From: a virus
Lineage: Duplodnaviria; Caudoviricetes
Direction: 5' to 3' (one strand)
Length of the DNA: 64,000 bases
IMG/VR virus record: IMGVR_UViG_3300021387_000648
Span: 64,001-128,000 of that record
A program made the position numbers and the translations under genes. Shown here piece after piece: positions 1 to 9,448 of this stretch; the stretch's first letter is position 1, and every line of letters starts with the position of its first letter. The notes beneath the pieces were generated by a model. The model was not told the DNA's origin. It did no database searches and saw only the letters and a list, made by a program, of their open reading frames with translations.

Positions 1-106
1 ATCTACAAAATCGGTGTCATCTACGGCAATATCATCGAAAATGAAAAGCCGATCAGATTTTACTTCGAGATGGAGGCGGAAAGAAAAGCCCGAGAGGAGG
101 ACAGCA

Positions 107-322
107 ATGAGCAAGCAAACGATCTGTGACCTGTGCAAGAAGCCCATCACATTTGACCAAGTGGAAAAGGCCAGACATTTCAGAATCAAGGAAAGGCATT
201 TCCCCTTCTTCTCATTCGATGAATGGGCGGAAATAGATGCGCATGACGAATGTGTCAGAACGTTAATGGCTGCTTCGGTTGCTGGCGTTTACGACAGATC
301 TAAGGAAGGCAAGGCCGAATGA
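107..322 (+). CDS. hypothetical protein (CxxC, possible Zn finger)
   Basis: GAGGAGG RBS before ATG 107; CDLC motif. Confidence 0.6.
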   Translation: MSKQTICDLCKKPITFDQVEKARHFRIKERHFPFFSFDEWAEIDAHDECVRTLMAASVAGVYDRSKEGKAE

Positions 323-588
323 AGCTGAGGGAGATTCTTGGTGATACTCCGGTACCGGTCATCATGGAACGCACATTTTATCCGGAGAGGATGAACCCGG
401 AACTGGATGAAGAAGAGATCCGGAACGGCATGCTTTTCGGATATTGCGCGTGGGACGGAAAAAACCTTAGGCCTCTGGACGGGGACAACTATAGTCTTGA
501 TCGCGAAGTCGAACGGTTTGAGTGGGATCAGGAAGGGAACTTGACGTATTGGACGAGATACGAATGGGAAGGAGGATCAGACTCTTGA
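319..588 (+). CDS. hypothetical protein
   Basis: Overlaps the upstream stop (ATGA); phage-like ORF. Confidence 0.6.
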   Translation: MKLREILGDTPVPVIMERTFYPERMNPELDEEEIRNGMLFGYCAWDGKNLRPLDGDNYSLDREVERFEWDQEGNLTYWTRYEWEGGSDS

Positions 589-602
589 TTGAGTGCGGAT
601 TG

Positions 603-782
603 ATGAAGACAGCATATTTTCTTGACGGCGACCTGAACATCTATACAACACCGGTCGTGAACAGACGCGAGGCAATCCGGATAGCCGAGCAGCACGGCCA
701 AGAATTCATCGGATTTCTCACACCGAACGAGGCCGCAAGCATCGTGGAAGAACGGTCCGGAAAAGATTCTACACACCGATAA
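603..782 (+). CDS. hypothetical protein
   Basis: 3' part of ORF 522..782; likely start MKTAYF. Confidence 0.45.
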   Translation: MKTAYFLDGDLNIYTTPVVNRREAIRIAEQHGQEFIGFLTPNEAASIVEERSGKDSTHR

Positions 783-799
783 AAATGCACAAGAATATA

Positions 800-853
800 C
801 ACTAAAAATTGTACAGATTGTCAATTGCAAACAGCGGCCTGATATGGTAAAAT
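800..853 (+). promoter_or_regulatory. sigma70/SigA promoter with upstream 16-bp box
   Basis: TTGCAA(825)-17-TAAAAT(848); CACTAAAAATTGTACA box at 800-815. Confidence 0.65.
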
Positions 854-971
854 TATCATGCTGGCGGGTGGCTTTTCTTTTTGACCGCCGAGTGCTGAAA
901 GGCATTTGACGAATGCTTGAAAGGTAAAGAATCTGGCTCGCGAGGCCAGAAACCGGTACTGAGGAGGTGCT

Positions 972-1214
972 TTGATGAAAGAGTTCTTCGTGAAGGGTAC
1001 GGTTGCGTGGACGACAAGCTATGTGGCAGACGGCGAGAAAAGGTCAAAGGAAAGCGAAGCTGAGTTCGATCGGTTTGTGAAGGCCAATAGCGCCGAGAAT
1101 GCCAAAAAGGATGTCACAGACCGTGTGATTGAACAGAGAAGCCGCCGAAGCGCGTTCGGGACCAAGAGCAATGTCCGGATCACGGAAATTGCCGTGTATG
1201 AGAGAGTGGCGTGA
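972..1214 (+). CDS. hypothetical early protein
   Basis: GAGGAGGTG RBS; first gene after the promoter. Confidence 0.7.
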   Translation: MMKEFFVKGTVAWTTSYVADGEKRSKESEAEFDRFVKANSAENAKKDVTDRVIEQRSRRSAFGTKSNVRITEIAVYERVA

Positions 1215-2212
1215 TGCAAAACAAGATCCAGGACATCGTCCGATTCGCTACGGACTGCAAAACGGACGCGATGAGATGGAACATGCCGGACGAATTGCAG
1301 GACGAATATCCGTGGCCGTTTATTGAAAAAGTGACGACATGGATTGAGAAGTACGTGAGCGCGTCTGGCGGAGAAAAGGCCGACCAGACTGAGGTTGGAA
1401 ATCATGTGCAGTCCATGTACATCGCGTATCATTGGTGTAAGTTCAAGAAGATCTATTCGATGAACAGCACATTTGCCCGGTATCTGGCCGAAACAGAAGA
1501 TGCGCCAATCTCCGTGAACATTATCAGAAGGTTGCCTTTCCGAAGCTTTGCTCTGACATTTGACGATGACAAGAAAATAATCGATCTGTTCCCGCAGGTG
1601 TTCGGAAGTGTGGAATGCCTGCTGGTGACTGTCGGCATTGAGGCCGAAACAGATGTTTATATCAGCATTGCGCTTGTCGGAACGTCTGCAAGGGGAAAAA
1701 GAATCGTTGCAACCGGGATCACATCCCTGAAGGATGGAGATTGCTACGAGACTGCGCTTCGTGACGGGGATAAGATTCTCTATACGGGGAGTCTGGAAGA
1801 AGCTCGGATGGAATGGAGGCCGGTGTACCGCCTTGCTCTGAATGCATGTCAGTACTTTTGCGCGTCCAATGCAGAGGTCCGAGATGTGAAGATCTCGAAA
1901 AACAAGAAGCCAAAAGTGACGGTCAACGGGAAAGAGAAGCCGGTTGCGGTCAGCATGTCAGAGGTTGGCTTTAGAATCGGGAAGCGCTTCGAGGCGATGT
2001 ACGCACAGAGGGGAGAAAACGAGCAGCGCAGTGACGAGAGGTCATGGACACCAAAGCGCCCACACGTCAGGCGGGCCCACTGGCACCACTACTGGACGGG
2101 CCCGGGAAGAACGGTGCTGGAACTGCGGTGGTTAGAGCCGGTGTTTGTGATGGGCGATTCGGACAGAGTTGACGCCGTGGTCCACAAAGTCGGAAGAGAA
2201 AATGCGAGCTGA
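1211..2212 (+). CDS. AcrVA2/FinQ-family-like protein
   Basis: 333 aa; C-terminal RPHVRRAHWHHYWTG...WLEPVFV motif that I recognise from the AcrVA2 family. Confidence 0.55.
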   Translation: MMQNKIQDIVRFATDCKTDAMRWNMPDELQDEYPWPFIEKVTTWIEKYVSASGGEKADQTEVGNHVQSMYIAYHWCKFKKIYSMNSTFARYLAETEDAPISVNIIRRLPFRSFALTFDDDKKIIDLFPQVFGSVECLLVTVGIEAETDVYISIALVGTSARGKRIVATGITSLKDGDCYETALRDGDKILYTGSLEEARMEWRPVYRLALNACQYFCASNAEVRDVKISKNKKPKVTVNGKEKPVAVSMSEVGFRIGKRFEAMYAQRGENEQRSDERSWTPKRPHVRRAHWHHYWTGPGRTVLELRWLEPVFVMGDSDRVDAVVHKVGRENAS

Positions 2213-2223
2213 GAGGAAAACAG

Positions 2224-2466
2224 ATGGCAAGAAAACAACCGGAGACGATCAAGGAAAAATTCGCCTCCATGCGGATCGGACGGTATAAATCCGAGGTGAA
2301 GGTCTGGCAGTATTATTCGATCTTCAACTTCTGCCGGACTGCCGGAATCGACCGCGAAGAGTCGGACCGCGTGGCAAAGTGGTGCAGAGATGCCGCAAGC
2401 GTCGGAAGTGAGTATATCACGCCGGAACTGTCCATTCGGATTGTGGAGAAAGAAATCATCGTATGA
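2224..2466 (+). CDS. hypothetical protein
   Basis: GAGAGG RBS, 80 aa. Confidence 0.65.
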   Translation: MARKQPETIKEKFASMRIGRYKSEVKVWQYYSIFNFCRTAGIDREESDRVAKWCRDAASVGSEYITPELSIRIVEKEIIV

Positions 2467-2497
2467 TTAAAGAAATTTTTGATAAGGGGGTGATCAG

Positions 2498-3358
2498 GTG
2501 AACAAATTCGATTCGCTGGGCGATAGGATGAAAGGGTACGAAAACGTACAGAGATACTATCTCACGCGCCGCGTTCCGGTTATTGTTCGCCTTTAGCTTG
2601 ATGGCAAAGCGTTCCATTCCTTCACGAAAGGGATGCAGAAGCCTTTTGACCGGTTCTTGATGACTGTGATGCAGGAAACCATGCTGAGCCTGTGCAAAGA
2701 GATTCAGGGCTGCGTATTCGGGTACACCCAGTCGGATGAGATCACATTGGTGCTGACCGACTATAAGACCATCAAGACGGATGCGTGGTTTGGCTATAAC
2801 GTCCAGAAGATGGCAAGTGTGTCCGCGTCAATCGCAACATTGGAGTTCAACCGGATCTTCCGAGAAAAAAGTAATTACGTCAAGGCAGCGGCTTTCTTGG
2901 AGGGGAAAAAGGACGAATCCGGGGTGCTGAATCCGGAAGACGGTCTTGTGAGAAGGTCAATGCTTCTGGCTTCAAAGTATAACAAGGCCCTGTTCGATTC
3001 CAGATGCTTCGCGGTCCCGGAAGATGAGGTGTGCAACTGCCTGATCTGGCGGCAGCAGGACGCCACTCGAAACAGCATTGAAGCTGCTGGACAGGCAAAC
3101 TTCTCACACTCCGAACTGCATGGAAAAAGCTGCAACGAGATCCAAGACATGCTCTTCACCAAGAAGGGAATCAACTGGAACGACTACCCGACAGACTTCA
3201 AGCGCGGAGCGGCGTGCTATAGGGTTAAGAGGACAGAGACAATGGAAGACCCGCGAAATCCAGGGAATACAATCACGGTGGAGAGAAACAGGTGGGTCGT
3301 GGACACCGAGATCCCGATATTTACTCAAGACCGCGAGTTTGTAGAGAAGTGGCTGTGA
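2498..3358 (+). CDS. tRNA(His) guanylyltransferase Thg1-like protein, interrupted by an in-frame TAG (2594-2596)
   Basis: GTG 2498 with RBS gives MNKFDSLGDRMKGYE...VPVIVRL*LDGKAFH; downstream YTQSDEI, FDSRCF and WRQQDATRNS Thg1 motifs. Confidence 0.85.
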
Positions 3359-3397
3359 TTGAAGCAAAATCAAAAAAGAAAAATGGAGGAATGAGCA

Positions 3398-3970
3398 ATG
3401 AACATGTTCAACGGTATGTTTGGCAAGGTGGCAAACGGCATGTGCCGTCTGTCGATGAACGGCGGAATTGCCGTCAAGACCAGTGACGGGTACAAAACCT
3501 ACAACGTGAAGACAAACAAGCTGACCAATTGCAGCAACTTTGTCTTCGACATCGGCGAAGAGTTCTTCTTCGTGATTCCAACGAATAAGGTGGAGAAGGG
3601 CGACATTATCATTGCGTCCGGTAAACCGAAGTGCGTGATCGCTGTCGATAAGGACACACTGACGGTGATCAACTACGAAGATTCGACTGTCCAGAACATT
3701 TTGCCTGAGCGCCACGTGTTCATGGGCAACACGTACTTTTACGGTAAGATCGTGAGCATGTTCGGGAACAGCATCACGAACGGCAAGAAGGGCACCGACA
3801 AGCTCATGAAGTACTGGATGATGTCCGAGATGATGAAGGGCGGAACTCCCGGCGGAAACCAGATGAGTTCAATGCTTCCGCTTATGATGATGGGCGGAAA
3901 CTTCTCGGATATGTTCGACGGGATCTTCGATTCCGACGAAGAGGATGAAGAAACGGAGGCTGAAGAGTAA
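3398..3970 (+). CDS. hypothetical protein (Met-rich C-terminus), first gene of the vWA/AdSS cluster
   Basis: GGAGGA RBS; translationally coupled to the vWA gene. Confidence 0.75.
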   Translation: MNMFNGMFGKVANGMCRLSMNGGIAVKTSDGYKTYNVKTNKLTNCSNFVFDIGEEFFFVIPTNKVEKGDIIIASGKPKCVIAVDKDTLTVINYEDSTVQNILPERHVFMGNTYFYGKIVSMFGNSITNGKKGTDKLMKYWMMSEMMKGGTPGGNQMSSMLPLMMMGGNFSDMFDGIFDSDEEDEETEAEE

Positions 3971-4839
3971 TGGGCGGAGGAGCATGGACAAGCACAGCCT
4001 ATTGTAACTATACCGTTGCGACAAAAGCAATGAACGCCAGAGAATATGCGTCCTGTGACAGCATCAATGTACAGCAGGCGTTCAAGATGCGGGAGATTCA
4101 TCCGGACCTGAATCCAATGAACGTCATGCGCAGTTGCCGCGACACGGAAGAGCATCCGAAAACCGTTCCCGTCATTCTTGCACTGGACGTGACCGGCTCA
4201 ATGGGCAAGGCGGCGACGGAGGTTTCCAAAAAGCTTGGACCGATCATGGAGGATATCTACGAGCACAGCTCTGTGTCTGACGTGGAGTTCTGCATCATGG
4301 CAATCGGCGACCTCTACTGCGATGCGGCACCGATTCAGATCTCTCAGTTTGAGTCGGATGTTCGTATCGCGGAGCATCTGGACAAGGTCTGGTTTGAGGG
4401 CGGAGGCGGAGGAAACGCCTATGAGTCCTACACAACAGCGTGGTATATGGGCCTGAATCACTGCGATCTGGACTGCTGGAAACGCGGGAAGAAGGGCGTC
4501 ATTATCACGATGGGTGACGAGCAGATTAACCCGTATCTCCAGCAAAGAGAGCTTGGGCTGCGCGTGGGAGATAAGCTACAGGCGGACATCGAGACCCGCA
4601 CCCTGTTTGAAGAGGCGAGCGAGAAGTTCGATATCCACCACATTTCTGTGGACGATCCGGAGTCTTCTTACAGCCGTTACAACCGCAATGGCGGAATTGA
4701 CGCATCTTGGAAGCCGGTTCTCGGCGACAACTATCACGTATCGACGATTAGCGGCTTGCAGCAGATGATTTCCGGCATTATCACAGGACATGCCGGTGAC
4801 AGCATGCCGGAAGAGGCTCCAAGCGAAATCAGATGGTGA
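3970..4839 (+). CDS. von Willebrand factor A (vWA) domain protein
   Basis: LALDVTGSMG MIDAS motif, GGGGGNAYESY, ITMGDE. Confidence 0.85.
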   Translation: MGGGAWTSTAYCNYTVATKAMNAREYASCDSINVQQAFKMREIHPDLNPMNVMRSCRDTEEHPKTVPVILALDVTGSMGKAATEVSKKLGPIMEDIYEHSSVSDVEFCIMAIGDLYCDAAPIQISQFESDVRIAEHLDKVWFEGGGGGNAYESYTTAWYMGLNHCDLDCWKRGKKGVIITMGDEQINPYLQQRELGLRVGDKLQADIETRTLFEEASEKFDIHHISVDDPESSYSRYNRNGGIDASWKPVLGDNYHVSTISGLQQMISGIITGHAGDSMPEEAPSEIRW

Positions 4840-4850
4840 GGTGAGAATCA

Positions 4851-5996
4851 GTGGAACACAATGTCAAAATCGTAATCGGAGCGAATTACGGAGACGAGGG
4901 CAAGGGCCTGATGTCGCGGTATTTTGCCAAACAGTTCTTGGAGAACGGGCAGAAACCGATAACCGTATTTCACAACGGCAGCGCTCAGAGGGGGCACACC
5001 GTTGACTACGAAGACGGGACCAGACATGTGTTCCACAATTTTTGTGCAGGAGCAAAGGACGGAAGCTTGACGTACTATGCGGATACGTTCCTTGTCCATC
5101 CAATGGACTTTCGCAGAGAGGCAGAAGAGCTTGGGTTTGTGCCGCCTGTATATTGCAGTCCTCAGTGTGTTGTGGTAACGCCTCTGGATATGCTGGCGGA
5201 CCATATCATAGAGGACTATATCGCGGCAGAAAGCGGCGCGAGGGAATACGGGAGCTGCGGCTATGGTACATGGAGTGCGACAGACCGTTTGAAAGAAAGA
5301 CCGGACCTTGCCTACACGCTGATGCACTTCGCGACAGGGGATTATCGCCTGATGATGGAAACCCTGATGGACTGGGTAAAGAGCAGACTCGTGACGTTTC
5401 AAGTGGATCTGGACCTCATCCCGCACTGGAAAGAGCACGTGGATCGGAAGTCCGGACGGTTTGAATTCCTTTGCGCACACTTCAAGTCTGACTTGAACTT
5501 TTTCCTCCAGCATATCAGGCTCAGAGCCTTTTGCGAGGTCTGGAATCAAAACAGGGCTATCATCTTTGAGGGGGCTCAGGGGCTTCTTCTGGATAAAGAC
5601 AGAGACGGAATCTGGACAACGACGTCCAACACGGGATTGCTGAATCCCGTTCGTTTTCTGCGCGGCTACGAAGACTACAAGGCAGAGGTCTGCTATGTGA
5701 CGCGGACCTATGTCACGAGACATGGCGAAGGGCCTCTGGAAAATGAGACGTTTGTCGGCGAGGTGGGAGAGAACATCTTCGACCGCACGAACGTCTTCAA
5801 CGAATTTCAGGGTGGACTTCGATATGCGGTCATTCCAAAGGTAGATACATCGGAGATGGAACGGGACTACAAGGCGGCAAGCGGATTGCCGATGGACATG
5901 ACCGTTGCGGTTACGCACTGCAACGAGAGGGAGATTGCCGGTGGAGACTACCGGTCTTACAGCCCAACACAGATACTTCAAGTCAAAAAGAGGTGA
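4851..5996 (+). CDS. adenylosuccinate synthetase-like protein (PurA family, divergent)
   Basis: GANYGDEGKG, QRGHTV, GSCGYG, FEGAQGLLLD, RTYVTRHGEGP. Confidence 0.85.
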   Translation: MEHNVKIVIGANYGDEGKGLMSRYFAKQFLENGQKPITVFHNGSAQRGHTVDYEDGTRHVFHNFCAGAKDGSLTYYADTFLVHPMDFRREAEELGFVPPVYCSPQCVVVTPLDMLADHIIEDYIAAESGAREYGSCGYGTWSATDRLKERPDLAYTLMHFATGDYRLMMETLMDWVKSRLVTFQVDLDLIPHWKEHVDRKSGRFEFLCAHFKSDLNFFLQHIRLRAFCEVWNQNRAIIFEGAQGLLLDKDRDGIWTTTSNTGLLNPVRFLRGYEDYKAEVCYVTRTYVTRHGEGPLENETFVGEVGENIFDRTNVFNEFQGGLRYAVIPKVDTSEMERDYKAASGLPMDMTVAVTHCNEREIAGGDYRSYSPTQILQVKKR

Positions 5997-6000
5997 TAGC

Positions 6001-6516
6001 ATGGATAAGAGGAAAATCAAATGTCGGACATGCATTCATAACGGTGAAAGAGGCTGGGATGGTCGGTGCTTCGACTGCGTGTATCCAGATTCCATAGATG
6101 GAAAACAATACGAATTGTATGAGCCGATCTTTGAACTCTCCGGGGAACACAGATGTGACTATTGCAACGGCCTTATTGGGGAGGGCGGTGTGTGCCAAAG
6201 GTGCGGTGCGGAATTCAGTGTTACGCGGCTCCCAAAGGCTGATGGAAGCTATGTGCCGGTTGGTGTTATTCAAGAAAAGGAAAGCCAAGCGTTCGTGCTT
6301 GGCGGCACCTTCGTTGTGACTGAGGCTCAAGCAAAAGTTTTTAAGGACAGTGCAGAAAACTATGCAAAACAGCACATCACAAGGATGATTGCGGAAAAAA
6401 TTGCTCAGGAAGAGCTTATTGAGCTTGTGAAGAGCGAGTTCCCGGATGTTGGAGGAACATTTTACACAGGACGTCTCCGTGTACTACGCCCGGAGTTCAA
6501 ATTTGGAGAGAACTAA
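6001..6516 (+). CDS. hypothetical Cys-rich protein
   Basis: GAGGTG RBS; several CxxC motifs. Confidence 0.6.
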   Translation: MDKRKIKCRTCIHNGERGWDGRCFDCVYPDSIDGKQYELYEPIFELSGEHRCDYCNGLIGEGGVCQRCGAEFSVTRLPKADGSYVPVGVIQEKESQAFVLGGTFVVTEAQAKVFKDSAENYAKQHITRMIAEKIAQEELIELVKSEFPDVGGTFYTGRLRVLRPEFKFGEN

Positions 6517-6519
6517 AAG

Positions 6520-7137
6520 ATGATGGAAGAACTGGTGAATAACGCGGTATATCGGGCGTGCAGAGAAGTTTACGAGGATGCTCCAAAGATCCGCATCAAA
6601 GGGAAAGAGTATCCGCCAGACCCGTTGGAGGGCTTCTACTACAATGCGGGATACCACACACGGTTTGATTTTCTCCCGGGAGTAGACGGAAGGTCTGGAC
6701 TTTGGAAAAAAGGTAGCCTGTTCCGTAAAGCGTGGCTGTACTTCAATGACAACGGCGACAAGATATTCCAAGGCTATGTGCGAGATCGGTTCGGGGGCGA
6801 CCTGAAATCCGGAATGATCCAGATGACGAACTACAACAGTCTGAGAGACGATTACATCAAATACTTCGGCGAGCGAAGGAGGAAACACTTGGAACAGGAA
6901 CAGAAAGCGCTCGAAGTGGCTGGCGCTGCGCTGAGCGTAAGAAAGAGAACTCCGCAGAGTCACGGAGGTGTTGCAAATCTTCTGAAGGTTCTGACAAAGA
7001 CCATGACGGAACAGGGCAGCAGCATTCAGACCATCGCGAAAGTACAGTACGCGGTTTGCATTCAGGCGGGAATTGCCCTTCCAACTGACTTCCTGACTGA
7101 CGTGATCGTGGCCGAGGAGATTATCAATGGAGAATGA
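6520..7137 (+). CDS. hypothetical protein
   Basis: ORF within the operon. Confidence 0.65.
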   Translation: MMEELVNNAVYRACREVYEDAPKIRIKGKEYPPDPLEGFYYNAGYHTRFDFLPGVDGRSGLWKKGSLFRKAWLYFNDNGDKIFQGYVRDRFGGDLKSGMIQMTNYNSLRDDYIKYFGERRRKHLEQEQKALEVAGAALSVRKRTPQSHGGVANLLKVLTKTMTEQGSSIQTIAKVQYAVCIQAGIALPTDFLTDVIVAEEIINGE

Positions 7138-7468
7138 TATTCGAGAGGAATATATTTCCAAGAGCGACGTTATCGACATCGTGTGCGGGCAGTACTGCGC
7201 AAGTAGCGATGAGACAGAAAACGCGCTTGGCGAAATCATCGACGCAGTGAAGGAACATCCGCCTGCGGACGTGGAAGAAAAGCGGCGGTGGCACGATCTG
7301 AGGAGCGATCCTGATGACCTTCCGGAAAAACAGGGAACCTATCTGATCGTCACCAATCAGGGCAAAGTCGTTTCTGCCACTTATGCGCCGAATTTCAAGA
7401 AATTCAACGGATCTGCGGGAAAGAGCGCGACACATTGGCAGAACACGCCGGAGCCGCCAAAGGAGTAA
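7127..7468 (+). CDS. hypothetical protein (DUF551-like C-terminus)
   Basis: THWQNTPEPPKE ending typical of DUF551-like phage proteins. Confidence 0.6.
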   Translation: MENDIREEYISKSDVIDIVCGQYCASSDETENALGEIIDAVKEHPPADVEEKRRWHDLRSDPDDLPEKQGTYLIVTNQGKVVSATYAPNFKKFNGSAGKSATHWQNTPEPPKE

Positions 7469-7476
7469 CTTGAGCA

Positions 7477-7688
7477 TGGAGAAGCAGGAAACGCCAGAGA
7501 CAAATAGCTGGGTGTATGTCGGAAAGGACGGACTGTACGAGGTAGGAACCGTCTTTGAGGCGGAAAGTGGAAGCAACTGCATCGGAGATGGATTCTACCT
7601 TAAAACGAGGCCGCACACGTGCTCTATGGCTGGGTGCGCTTCCTGCGGAAATCAGCTTTGTCCGATTACGTGTATGGTATCCGGCTGA
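7477..7688 (+). CDS. hypothetical Cys-rich protein (start approximate)
   Basis: AAGGAG RBS before MEKQETP. Confidence 0.4.
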
Positions 7689-7703
7689 TGAGAGGAGACA
7701 ACA

Positions 7704-8072
7704 ATGGACGAGACTACCGATCAAGTGGAGGAACTGTTCTCTGAAGGCAAAGAACGTACAAGATGGACGCGCCGGAAGCAGATGTGGCGGAAGATCCGCA
7801 GAAACATCCGTATCAATGTCAGAGGTGAGTCACGAAAGGGCGGAGGCTTGAAAGGGAAGGTCGAGGCCCAAACACACCGTCTGTACAAAGGTCCGCATTG
7901 GAACAACTGCGGCGGATACGCATATAACACCAAGAATCTCGGGCCAAGCAACAGAGACAAGCGAAATCTTGAGAATCAAAAGGAACAGATGGAGGAGACG
8001 AAGCATGAAAAAGATTGTGATGGTACTTTTTGTGCTGATTGTGGCTGTTTTTCTTGTCGGGTGCGGCAGTAA
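7704..8072 (+). CDS. hypothetical basic protein
   Basis: GAGGAG RBS. Confidence 0.5.
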   Translation: MDETTDQVEELFSEGKERTRWTRRKQMWRKIRRNIRINVRGESRKGGGLKGKVEAQTHRLYKGPHWNNCGGYAYNTKNLGPSNRDKRNLENQKEQMEETKHEKDCDGTFCADCGCFSCRVRQ

Positions 8073-8265
8073 CAGACAGTGGTTTGACACGACCTACGAA
8101 TTCGACTACGCCATGATCAGGCTCCCGGACGGCAAGGTTGTGGAAGGAACTGTGGAGACGTGGAGAGACTTTGATGACGGAGATCAGCTTCAAGTCCGGA
8201 TAAACGGAACGACTTATCTGACCAATTCCTGTAATGTTGTTCTGAAAGCGAGGAATGGCGGATGA
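8005..8265 (+). CDS. putative lipoprotein
   Basis: MKKIVMVLFVLIVAVFLVG-C signal peptide with lipobox; GGAGGAG RBS. Confidence 0.75.
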   Translation: MKKIVMVLFVLIVAVFLVGCGSNRQWFDTTYEFDYAMIRLPDGKVVEGTVETWRDFDDGDQLQVRINGTTYLTNSCNVVLKARNGG

Positions 8266-8471
8266 CTGGACTGAGGCCTGGAGACAAGGTACGCATGACC
8301 GATAAGTACTTTGAAGGCGAACAGCACGCCGGAAAGGTATGGAAGGTTCGGTCATGGCCGTGGACCACCTGCGGAGAGGAAGTTGTACTTCTGGAAGGTT
8401 TCACAGGCGGATACGCCGTGGATGGGTTGGAATTGGTAGAGAGAAGCAGCGAGGAGGTTTTCGGACCATGA
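8262..8471 (+). CDS. hypothetical protein (SH3-like)
   Basis: LRPGDKVRM start; coupled to the upstream gene. Confidence 0.6.
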   Translation: MTGLRPGDKVRMTDKYFEGEQHAGKVWKVRSWPWTTCGEEVVLLEGFTGGYAVDGLELVERSSEEVFGP

Positions 8472-8794
8472 CAACGACAGAACTGATTGAACTCTTGAAA
8501 AAGAATGAGTTTGGTGGAATAACCGGCAGACCGAGAGAAATCTCTTTCAGATTTCGCGATATGATGATAGCGGACCCGGATATCGAAGTTGTCGGCACCG
8601 GTGACGGACTCATCACGGACATTGAGATTGAACTGGTACAGGAAGACGACAGCAGAATCTATTTCGGCGAGGACGGAGAAGAATACAAGGACCTCCTGAT
8701 GAGATACAAGGCCCTTGGAACGCCTGAAGAAATTGAGGCCGTTATCGACAAGCGGCTGATAGAGATTGCGGAAGATCAAAGGCGGGAAACGTGA
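8468..8794 (+). CDS. hypothetical protein
   Basis: GAGGAGG RBS. Confidence 0.65.
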   Translation: MTTTELIELLKKNEFGGITGRPREISFRFRDMMIADPDIEVVGTGDGLITDIEIELVQEDDSRIYFGEDGEEYKDLLMRYKALGTPEEIEAVIDKRLIEIAEDQRRET

Positions 8795-9297
8795 TGGCCG
8801 AGAAACCGAAACTCTTTGTCATGTGCGGCATGAGCGGCAGCGGGAAAACGACGTTCGCAAAGCGGTTTTGCGAAACGAGGGAACTCAGATACCTCAATCC
8901 GGATCAGTTCTACGAATTGTTCAACGGGGACGAGCGAAACCACAGCAATGAGTTCGACGTCTGGATGGCAGTTTATCGGGCCCTGCATATTGCCGAGCAG
9001 GAAAAAGTCGATACCATCCTTGATACAAACTGCCCGTCCTTTTCCGGACGAAACCAACTGATCGAATTCTTCCCGGACTTTGACCATCACCTCATCGTGA
9101 TACAGGCGGATCTGGACCTTTGCCTGAAAAACAATGCCAAGAGATACAGGCAGATACCGGAAAACGAGATGCGGCGAATGTGGACCGCCTTCCAGTACCC
9201 GGAAATCAGCGAATGGAAATACTGGAAGAGCATGATCTGGTACCGCAACATGAACAACCAAGGCTTCCAGCAGATGCACATGATCCGGCATATATAA
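8791..9297 (+). CDS. P-loop kinase (AAA_33 / polynucleotide kinase-like)
   Basis: CGMSGSGKTT Walker A, ILDTN. Confidence 0.8.
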   Translation: MMAEKPKLFVMCGMSGSGKTTFAKRFCETRELRYLNPDQFYELFNGDERNHSNEFDVWMAVYRALHIAEQEKVDTILDTNCPSFSGRNQLIEFFPDFDHHLIVIQADLDLCLKNNAKRYRQIPENEMRRMWTAFQYPEISEWKYWKSMIWYRNMNNQGFQQMHMIRHI

Positions 9298-9332
9298 GCC
9301 CCGTCATACTGTAAATTTTATATAGTTTTAGG

Positions 9333-9386
9333 CACTAATATTTGTACATATTGTCAATTGAAAATCCGGATGCTTTTTGGTATACT
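9333..9386 (+). promoter_or_regulatory. sigma70/SigA promoter with upstream 16-bp box
   Basis: TTGAAA(9358)-17-TATACT(9381); CACTAATATTTGTACA box at 9333-9348. Confidence 0.7.
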
Positions 9387-9448
9387 GTAGATGCTGAGAG
9401 GGAAGTTAACGGGTTGTTCCCGCTGCGGCGGGAGGAAGGAGATTGACA

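Noticed and set aside
2594-2596. Genome-wide TAG reassignment (code 15) or pyrrolysine
   Set aside because: TAG ends several genes normally, long genes have no internal TAG, no CUA-anticodon tRNA or pyl genes are in the window, and readthrough would leave two extra residues in the motif.
4851-5996. PurZ / Z-genome (2-aminoadenine) pathway
   Set aside because: The active-site loop is GDEGKG (Asp, PurA-type) rather than the Ser-containing PurZ form, and no convincing DatZ/MazZ neighbours are adjacent.
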